Shown here piece after piece: positions 38,057 to 45,305 of a stretch of 64,000 bases of DNA. The notes beneath the pieces are model-generated. The model was not told the origin of the DNA. It searched no databases and worked only from the letters and a program-made list of their open reading frames with translations. Position 1 is the stretch's first letter, and each line of letters opens with the position of its first letter. The stretch lies in the IMG/VR virus record IMGVR_UViG_3300042502_001233, positions 1 to 64,000 of that record; one strand, given 5' to 3'. Both the position numbers and the translations under genes were made by a program.

Positions 38057-38088
38057 CAAATATACGAACTTATTTAATACAAGTCAAG
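38057..38088 (-). promoter_or_regulatory. Bacteroidetes-type promoter
   Basis: CTTGAC...TATATTTG. Confidence 0.7.
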
Positions 38089-38108
38089 TTTTTTGCAACT
38101 TTTTTTTT

Positions 38109-38222
38109 CTATTTTTTTCTTTTTACTGTTGTTCTTGATACTTGGACTGTTTTTCTACTGTTTGTAGTACCTTTTCTTGTTTCAATAACTCTAGAATGTG
38201 CTTTCCTTTTATGTGATGGCAT
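38109..38222 (-). CDS. small basic peptide
   Basis: MPSHKRKAHSRVIETRKG...VKRKK, 37 aa. Confidence 0.5.
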   Translation of the reverse strand: MPSHKRKAHSRVIETRKGTTNSRKTVQVSRTTVKRKK

Positions 38223-38282
38223 ATCTTTTATTATTAAATATGTGCAAAGATACAAAAAGTTAAAATACTGTGCAAGTTTTTT

Positions 38283-38723
38283 TTAAAAAATTTCAGCTGT
38301 TATATAAACTTCTGATGTTGTAGCTACCAATTCTCTGCGTTTTAACCAATCGTCAAGATTTTTTAAACCTTTGAATTGTTGACCCCAAATATAGTCAACA
38401 CCTAGTGTTTTTGGATAATCTTTTAATTTGTTTCCGTAACCCATACCTCTTATACTAGAGTCTGTCGCCAACAGCACACCTTCAACACCTACTAGGTCAT
38501 CATATTTTGATGCTGTTACAAAATCTGTTATTTGATGGTTACCTAATAAATAAACACCTAATATTTTTCCATCTTCATTAAGCAGCAAAGCTGATATATC
38601 CCAATTAGTTACTGACTTCAAATATTCTTCGAAGCTGTATTTGCTCATAAGATGGTTAAAGTATGAGTATGGAAACTCCAATACGTTATCTCTTAATTCT
38701 TGTGGTATTCCTTTTTTAATCTG
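38283..38723 (-). CDS. GNAT-like acetyltransferase
   Basis: L...SSIRGMGYG motif A. Confidence 0.65.
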   Translation of the reverse strand, partial: QIKKGIPQELRDNVLEFPYSYFNHLMSKYSFEEYLKSVTNWDISALLLNEDGKILGVYLLGNHQITDFVTASKYDDLVGVEGVLLATDSSIRGMGYGNKLKDYPKTLGVDYIWGQQFKGLKNLDDWLKRRELVATTSEVYITAEIF

Positions 38724-39192
38724 CATCTGTAATAATTTCAAAAAATTGATAGTCTCTGACCATCCAAATATCGTTAAGTTGTTTTGGTGTATATTTGATT
38801 ATTCCTTGCCATGGGTCTAATATGTCGAAGTGTTGTTCACTGTATCCGTTTACTATTATCCAATGTGGGACACCGTGTGTTATTGTTCTAACAATTGGTA
38901 TGTTATCTGAGTCGATAACTTGTTTAAGTAAATCAAAAGGTCTTGGAGAGTGAATGTATTCAATGTATTTTAAGTTACACGCTTCGAATCCTTTAATCAT
39001 TTTATCTGGTGGTGTTCCTACCACCCAATCGGTGCCGCATGCTTCAGCAATTTTCTCTACTGTGTCTGAAATTTCAACATCAAACGGTAAATCGTTTGGT
39101 TTGTTCATAACATATCTTAAAGCCATGTATATACAAGTTGGACCGCATGTATTTCCAGTAGGTTGTTGTTTATAACTAATAGTTATCATCAT
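38716..39192 (-). CDS. C39-like cysteine peptidase
   Basis: QQ...TCGPTC, HWIIV.G, DPW. Confidence 0.8.
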   Translation of the reverse strand: MMITISYKQQPTGNTCGPTCIYMALRYVMNKPNDLPFDVEISDTVEKIAEACGTDWVVGTPPDKMIKGFEACNLKYIEYIHSPRPFDLLKQVIDSDNIPIVRTITHGVPHWIIVNGYSEQHFDILDPWQGIIKYTPKQLNDIWMVRDYQFFEIITDAD

Positions 39193-39562
39193 CGTCTTCG
39201 TCCCCGTAGTTGTCGTATAAGTTGTCTATATCTTCATCATCATCATCAAAATCTATTTCGTCTTCGTCCCCGATAACTTCTTCTAAGAAAGATTCTGTGA
39301 TAAAAATACCAAATTCGTTGTTAAATAATCTTTTAAATGTTTTTGCTTCTTCGTTTGTGATTTCTTTGAATTCGATTCTACCTAATAAATCTTCACCGCT
39401 TGAGTATTCTAATTCATCAGCACCCATCTTGTAAACAAATGGCCAATTGATGCTGGCGGCTAATTCTTCGAAGTTTTCAACTTCTTTGTCGCTCATTACT
39501 GTAAAACCGTTGATTTCAATTTCGTCCAACGTATCTGTGAACGTTACTAAAAATTTTGCCAT
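39176..39562 (-). CDS. acidic hypothetical protein
   Basis: 128-aa ORF. Confidence 0.7.
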   Translation of the reverse strand: MAKFLVTFTDTLDEIEINGFTVMSDKEVENFEELAASINWPFVYKMGADELEYSSGEDLLGRIEFKEITNEEAKTFKRLFNNEFGIFITESFLEEVIGDEDEIDFDDDDEDIDNLYDNYGDEDDDDNY

Positions 39563-39607
39563 AATATAAAGTATTTTTACATAAATATATTATGGCAAAG
39601 TAATAAA

Positions 39608-40801
39608 TCAAGATAATCCTAATAATTTTTTAAATTTATCAGTTTCCATTTTTTGAATGGCTTTTCCAAGTTCAGGTCCAGGACCTATATTGAATTTTTC
39701 CATCGCTTCTGGACCAGTAACTGTTAGTCTGAACTCTTCAAAAGCATCTAGCAATTGTGATGATATACCTTCGTTGCTACCAAAATTTCTAATTTGGTCG
39801 TTGGATACTCCAGAAGTTTGTTGTACTTTCTTTAATAAGTAAGCAGTGTCAACATCTAACTTCAATAATGAAATTAAAAACACAATGGCTTTAATCTCAT
39901 CCGATGAGTATTTTAAATCATTTAGTTTTTTTCTCAATACATCAACGTTGTTACCTTTTAACAACCTAGCTAACAATACTATGTAATCATCAGCTTTGTA
40001 ATCAGAGTTTCTTCTAAATACTCTTGTGTCTACATCCAAATTAGGAAATATCCAATCAAACAATTTGTATTTGTCTAACATCAACAAGTAAGCGTCGGTT
40101 GATTTAGCTGATATAAGCCCTTTGATAAATTCATCTCTAATACGTTCACCAGAAATACCTTCAAGACTAGCATCTTGTTGTAACGCAGCATCTACGTCAG
40201 GGTCCAACCCACTACCAAATCTACCAGCCAGTCTTATACCTCTAAGTTTACGTAATTTATCTTCACTAAACCTGTCTTCTGATTTACCAACAGTGCGTAT
40301 AACAGAATTTTTTAAATCAACGATACCACCTACTAAATCTACTACTTCTTGGGTGTCCATATCATAAAACAAAGCATTTACACTAAAATCTCTTCTTAAA
40401 ACATCAGATTTTATATCTGAAAATTCAACGTAATCTGGTCGTCTACCATCACTACTACCGATATCTTTACGCATAGTAGCTATCTCATATTCACCATCTG
40501 TAGTTATAACATTAACCACACCAAACGCTTTACCTGTTTCCAATATATTTGTAACAAATTCTTGATTTTTTAATAAATTTATTACGTTATCTGGTGTGGC
40601 ATTTGTTACTAAATCAAAATCTTTTGGTGTTACATTAAGTAACATATCACGAACTGACCCACCAATAGGGTATAATTCAAAACCATTTTTTTTAAAAATT
40701 GAATGAATTTTATTAACATTTGTCGGAAATTTAAAATAAATTTTTAATCTCTTCTCTGATGTTAAATTTTTTTTTAAAATTTCCTTTATAATTGTTTTCA
40801 T
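39608..40801 (-). CDS. cca: CCA-adding tRNA nucleotidyltransferase (class II)
   Basis: GGSVRD..DFD, EIAT.R, RRDFSVNA, EDKLR.LR; most tRNAs here lack an encoded CCA. Confidence 0.88.
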   Translation of the reverse strand: MKTIIKEILKKNLTSEKRLKIYFKFPTNVNKIHSIFKKNGFELYPIGGSVRDMLLNVTPKDFDLVTNATPDNVINLLKNQEFVTNILETGKAFGVVNVITTDGEYEIATMRKDIGSSDGRRPDYVEFSDIKSDVLRRDFSVNALFYDMDTQEVVDLVGGIVDLKNSVIRTVGKSEDRFSEDKLRKLRGIRLAGRFGSGLDPDVDAALQQDASLEGISGERIRDEFIKGLISAKSTDAYLLMLDKYKLFDWIFPNLDVDTRVFRRNSDYKADDYIVLLARLLKGNNVDVLRKKLNDLKYSSDEIKAIVFLISLLKLDVDTAYLLKKVQQTSGVSNDQIRNFGSNEGISSQLLDAFEEFRLTVTGPEAMEKFNIGPGPELGKAIQKMETDKFKKLLGLS

Positions 40802-41673
40802 ATTTTATTATCATTTAAAATGTTTAATAACATTTTTTTAACAACATCAAATTTATTTTTAATATCAAATTCCCAAAATCTAATTATTTTAATATTATTG
40901 TCTTTTAACATTATTTCTTTTCTTTTATCTCTATCTATATTTTTAAGTTGAATGGAATCTAGGGTTTTATCTTTATAGACCAATGGGTTTGCATGCCAAT
41001 AATCACCATCACATTCCACCACTAAGTTATACTTAGGTAAATAAAAATCAACTAAAAAATTATTTATTCTATGATTTTTAATAAAATCTATTGATTCATC
41101 AATTAATAAATCTTTAATTTTTAATTCAATAATAGTTGGTTTTCTATTTTGAATCATCGCTTTATTTAAACGATTAATTATTATTTGTTTTTCTTCATCT
41201 GTTTTTTTAGACCAATTTAACTTAGCCTTTTCCGATAATTTCTCAGAATATTTTAAAATTCTTTCATCATTAAATTTAGTTTTCCCATTATTCCAAGCTG
41301 TTGAACCATACATAGGGTTATTTTCGCCACTTAAGCTTGGTAAGGTACCAGATTTAAACATATCAATTCTAGTTTTAGCTAACTTCTCAGATTTTATTCT
41401 AACTATTTGTGAATTTTCTTTAGTTTTACCTTTTAACGGTGAAACTTTACCAAACATTGCATTGTTTTCACCACTATTTAATCTAGATTTTATTTGATAT
41501 GTTTGTTCTTTAGAGTGTTTCAATTTTAATTTACCTATTTTAACACTAATCGCTTCTAATGTTCTATTATATTTCGAATTAAACAATGGATATATCTCAC
41601 TTACAGAAAAACCGTTATTTTCATATAATTCTCTTAAATACCTAACTTCTTCTTCAGACCAATATTTTCTCAT
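40798..41673 (-). CDS. Vsr/DUF559-like homing endonuclease with NUMOD3
   Basis: GENNPMYG; VDFY..VECDGDYWH..RFWE. Confidence 0.8.
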   Translation of the reverse strand: MRKYWSEEEVRYLRELYENNGFSVSEIYPLFNSKYNRTLEAISVKIGKLKLKHSKEQTYQIKSRLNSGENNAMFGKVSPLKGKTKENSQIVRIKSEKLAKTRIDMFKSGTLPSLSGENNPMYGSTAWNNGKTKFNDERILKYSEKLSEKAKLNWSKKTDEEKQIIINRLNKAMIQNRKPTIIELKIKDLLIDESIDFIKNHRINNFLVDFYLPKYNLVVECDGDYWHANPLVYKDKTLDSIQLKNIDRDKRKEIMLKDNNIKIIRFWEFDIKNKFDVVKKMLLNILNDNKI

Positions 41674-41747
41674 AAATTTAATTTTATAATAAATATCTCT
41701 TAATATCCTAAAAGTGTCTTGTTATTTTGCAAAGATACTACTATTTT

Positions 41748-42974
41748 TTAATTAAACAAATTAGTTCTTAATATTTTTTTTATTTCGTTTAAATCCAAGG
41801 CTAATTGATTAGGGTCAACAAATTTTTGTTTCTTCTTTTTCTCTTTTGGTGGTTGAATACCAAAATTCATCACTTTCATTGCTGTTGGTAAATCTAAGTA
41901 AGTTTCAATCATTCTATTAATATAACTACCATAAATTTCATCTTCATCATCACCAGAATCGCCCATATCTCTGTTGGCCATATTGTATAATCTTTCAGAA
42001 TCGCCTCTATAATCTGAATAATCATATAATAATGGTTTTGTAAGTACGTGCATGAAATCTTCAGAATCTGAAGCTTGCGAAAAATCTATAATTATGTAAC
42101 AATACCCGTTAGTAGAATTGTTGTACCAATCATTCCAATTTGTATCACCACCTTTTCTATTATAAGTAAAACACCACAATGAATTACAACCAATTAGTTT
42201 AATACCTTCTGGACCAGAAACTTCAATAATCATTATGTTACCTTTATTATATTTAACCTTTAACTCATCATAATTTTCTTTATCGTATTTAAGTATTTGC
42301 CCTACTTGTTTTCTGGTCATATCGACACCACCCAAAAGACTTTCTTTGTCGTAAAGAAAATCCATAACGTTATCCAAGGTTGTATTTTTTGTAAAAATTT
42401 TAGCTAGAATACTACGTTTAGCTTCTTCGTTTCTATTGTTTAACATGGACATATAAGCGTCAGCATTTTCTAATGAATCTCTATAATGATTCATTTCACT
42501 ACTATCTCTTTCTCTTCTAATATCATCCTTCATATTTCGTTTTGCTATTGAAGGCCATTCGTTAAATATGTTAAGTATTTTTTCACGCTGAGTCAAAGCT
42601 CTGATTAAGTCATTTACGTTTTCAACACCGTTGATATTAAAACCTTTGATTGGGAATACGTTTTTGTTGTATTCTTTTAATTGATTGTATAATGGTCTTA
42701 GTTTTTTCAAATCATCCATACCCATAACGTCATTCTCAGGTTTTTCAGTTTCTTGATGTTCTGGGTCTATTTGTTTTAACACCCAATTACCTGTTCTATG
42801 ACCATCCATTAACATAATGTAGTATATGTCAGTCATAATTTTGGTATATGGGTCACCATTGGTGACATGTGTGATTATTTCTCTAACTCTAGGTGATAAT
42901 TTTCCAGAATTGAAATAAACTTTGTCAGCCAATTGTAGGTTTTCTCTAAGTAATTGTTTTATAAAATCCTTCAT
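41748..42974 (-). CDS. hypothetical protein, possibly virion-associated
   Basis: MKDFIKQLLRE start; SLWC region resembles 2432..4774. Confidence 0.7.
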   Translation of the reverse strand: MKDFIKQLLRENLQLADKVYFNSGKLSPRVREIITHVTNGDPYTKIMTDIYYIMLMDGHRTGNWVLKQIDPEHQETEKPENDVMGMDDLKKLRPLYNQLKEYNKNVFPIKGFNINGVENVNDLIRALTQREKILNIFNEWPSIAKRNMKDDIRRERDSSEMNHYRDSLENADAYMSMLNNRNEEAKRSILAKIFTKNTTLDNVMDFLYDKESLLGGVDMTRKQVGQILKYDKENYDELKVKYNKGNIMIIEVSGPEGIKLIGCNSLWCFTYNRKGGDTNWNDWYNNSTNGYCYIIIDFSQASDSEDFMHVLTKPLLYDYSDYRGDSERLYNMANRDMGDSGDDEDEIYGSYINRMIETYLDLPTAMKVMNFGIQPPKEKKKKQKFVDPNQLALDLNEIKKILRTNLFN

Positions 42975-43025
42975 ACCTATAAATATCCTATAAAATAAAA
43001 AAGGGCCTCAGTGGGCCCTAATTTA

Positions 43026-43439
43026 TTATACTACATGTAGCTTTTCAATCAAATCTTTTTTGTATTGTTCCATAACTTTGTAATTTACGTCTGGAGCATC
43101 CATTGAAGCTATGATTTCTTTCAAACCATCAATTATAGGTTGTGTTTTTCTTTTAAGTCTAACACTCATGTAACCTTGGTCCAAAAACATAAGATGTTTA
43201 AGACCATTCTTAGCGTTAGGGCTTGACCAACCGTCAATGTTGAATTGGATGTTGATTCTGTTGGGTGTTAAATCTTCATTTAACAATATTCCCATCCAAT
43301 ATGTTTTACCATCTTTGGTTTTAGCGTCAAAAAGTCTAAAAGCTACTTTTTTATCGTTGATTGTTTTTACAAATACATGTTCTGATGTTTTGTTTAAATA
43401 TGTGTTCAATTCTTGTTGAACTTGTTCTAATGTTTTCAT
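43026..43439 (-). CDS. hypothetical protein
   Basis: 137-aa ORF downstream of RAPP minigene. Confidence 0.7.
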   Translation of the reverse strand: MKTLEQVQQELNTYLNKTSEHVFVKTINDKKVAFRLFDAKTKDGKTYWMGILLNEDLTPNRINIQFNIDGWSSPNAKNGLKHLMFLDQGYMSVRLKRKTQPIIDGLKEIIASMDAPDVNYKVMEQYKKDLIEKLHVV

Positions 43440-43556
43440 TTTTTTTTCTTTTTAAGTTTATTATTTTTATGTTTTGTCCAAGAACATAGACACGATGTCT
43501 ATGTTGATGTCTATGTTGGACATGTTGTCCAAGATAGTGTCCAAGTTATAATAAAC

Positions 43557-43586
43557 TTAAGGCGGTGCTCTGATAATCTATTTCAT
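43557..43586 (-). promoter_or_regulatory. amber-containing leader minigene M-K-(TAG)-I-I-R-A-P-P-stop
   Basis: ATG AAA TAG ATT ATC AGA GCA CCG CCT TAA. Confidence 0.55.
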
Positions 43587-43608
43587 AGTTTCTATTATTT
43601 AAAGTTTG

Positions 43609-43683
43609 AGGTCGGAGAGAGATTTGAACTCCCACCGTAAAGGTTCTTGCGGAACCAGTGCCTTACCATTCGACCATCCGACC
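43609..43683 (-). tRNA. atypical tRNA-Cys(GCA)-like
   Basis: GGTCGGA/TCCGACC, U73, GGTT-CCGCAAG-AACC. Confidence 0.6.
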
Positions 43684-43689
43684 CTGTTA

Positions 43690-43947
43690 TTACGGATAAA
43701 TCCTTGCGGTTATACCTTCATCCGTAGTTGTTATTTGTATCTTGCCTTTGAATTTCAACGACCCTTTGGTACTTGGGTTATCTGGCGTTTCTTTGGTTGA
43801 AAATCCTATACCAGAATCCATAACCAAGTGGTCCACATAATAGGTTTGACCTTTGGCTTTTATTACCCACATCGGAATGCTAGGTTCTTGCAAATGCATT
43901 TTGTTGAAATGAAATATAATCTCGGTTCTTTTATCTATGTTAAGCAT
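43690..43947 (-). CDS. hypothetical protein
   Basis: 85-aa ORF coupled to Pth2-like gene. Confidence 0.7.
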   Translation of the reverse strand: MLNIDKRTEIIFHFNKMHLQEPSIPMWVIKAKGQTYYVDHLVMDSGIGFSTKETPDNPSTKGSLKFKGKIQITTTDEGITARIYP

Positions 43948-44290
43948 ATTGAACCTCCTTTCCCATTAACGGACATGAGCTCGTTAATTTTTTGGCAGCA
44001 TCGGTTGGCTCAAAAGCAACAGCCGTTATTTCGTTACCCAAGTCAGGTTCACGGAAAATTGTGTGTTTGATACCCATAAAGATAGCTTTGGTAATCAATT
44101 TGATTAGCGCTTCTTCATCAGCGACAGTTAATAATGCTAAATAGTTTGATTTTGTTTGCCATTCGGTAGCTTCAACAGGGTGTTGATATTGGAAATCTAC
44201 CAAGGCATGAGCTGATTGAACAGCTTGTTGTGAAGGTGTTAAGTCACGTCTTGTGACAACTCTTAATTTTTGATTGTTAATCTAAGTCAT
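43940..44290 (-). CDS. peptidyl-tRNA hydrolase 2-like protein with in-frame TAG at codon 3
   Basis: ATG ACT TAG ATT... continues in frame: KLRVVTRRDL..QQAVQSAHA...FREPDLGNEITA. Confidence 0.75.
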
Positions 44291-44350
44291 AATTTCTAAT
44301 TTTTTGTTTATTATAAATATACCACACTTTTAAAAAATGTAAAGTGTTTG

Positions 44351-44423
44351 TAGTTCTAATCGGACTCGAACCGATATCTCTCCGTTTTAGAGGCGGGTGT
44401 ATTCACGTTAATACTATAGAACC
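44351..44423 (-). tRNA. amber suppressor tRNA (anticodon CTA)
   Basis: GGTTCTA/TAGAACT acceptor, loop CT-CTA-AA, canonical T arm; weak anticodon stem. Confidence 0.8.
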
Positions 44424-44473
44424 TTATTGTGGTACAAAGATACCACAAGTTTTTTAATTGTACAACTTTTTTT

Positions 44474-44686
44474 CTAACTTTTTTTCAAAAATTTTCCAAG
44501 TCTTAAAACTTTCTCTTTAAATTCCTCAAAAGTTCCGTTGTTTTCAATGATGATATCAGCACATGTTTTGTCAATATCAAACGATGATGGGTCTTCCAAC
44601 GGAAGTCTTTCAGACGCATCAACCCAAATGATTATATCAAATAAACCTTGTCTCATACACTCGTTGATTTCAGCTCTATCTCGCAT
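44474..44686 (-). pseudogene. 3' half of interrupted dNMP kinase-like gene
   Basis: continues 50297..50590 at YVG|MRD; IIWVDA, ADIIIENNG. Confidence 0.75.
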
Positions 44687-45302
44687 CTAAAGATAATTCA
44701 ATAATTAAATCGTTAACAACTTTTTTTAACGCTTTAATGTCTTTTTTATCATTATAAATAACTTTACTAAAGTTAGTATAATCATCTAGATTAGTTTCTG
44801 AGATATGGTTTAAATCACGTAAGCTGTTCTCTCTAACACCCATTGGGTCGCCTTCCAGTCGAATTAAATAACCACCTTCTTTAAGGATATAGTCAGCTTC
44901 ATTAACAAATCTAACATCTGGTATCACAATAATTTTACCATTATTTAACTTAGTATCTAATTCTTCATTAAAGAATGATTTAACCCAAATATCAGTATCA
45001 TAATTATCTCTAAATAAATCAGTACCAACTAATTGTAATGTTTCACCAATAGTTTTATCAAATTGTTTAATAACTATATTTTTTTGGTCTTGAGTATAAT
45101 TACGAATCTCATTGCAGAATGGTTTATTAGCTTCATGAGTTGTCGTCATACGTATACCACTAATTATTTCCGTAATTAACCTTAATTTATCAGCCAATGC
45201 ATGTCTTTCTACTTTACCATGTAATTGCTCAGCTAATAATTCAGCAAAGGTATCTTTACCACTACCTATTTTTCCACTAATACCTATAATTTTTTTTTTC
45301 AT
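44676..45302 (-). CDS. deoxynucleoside monophosphate kinase (element-borne replacement)
   Basis: GISGKIGSGKDT, LQ.VGT..R, DVRF.NE, HISE. Confidence 0.85.
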   Translation of the reverse strand: MKKKIIGISGKIGSGKDTFAELLAEQLHGKVERHALADKLRLITEIISGIRMTTTHEANKPFCNEIRNYTQDQKNIVIKQFDKTIGETLQLVGTDLFRDNYDTDIWVKSFFNEELDTKLNNGKIIVIPDVRFVNEADYILKEGGYLIRLEGDPMGVRENSLRDLNHISETNLDDYTNFSKVIYNDKKDIKALKKVVNDLIIELSLDAR

Positions 45303-45305
45303 ATT

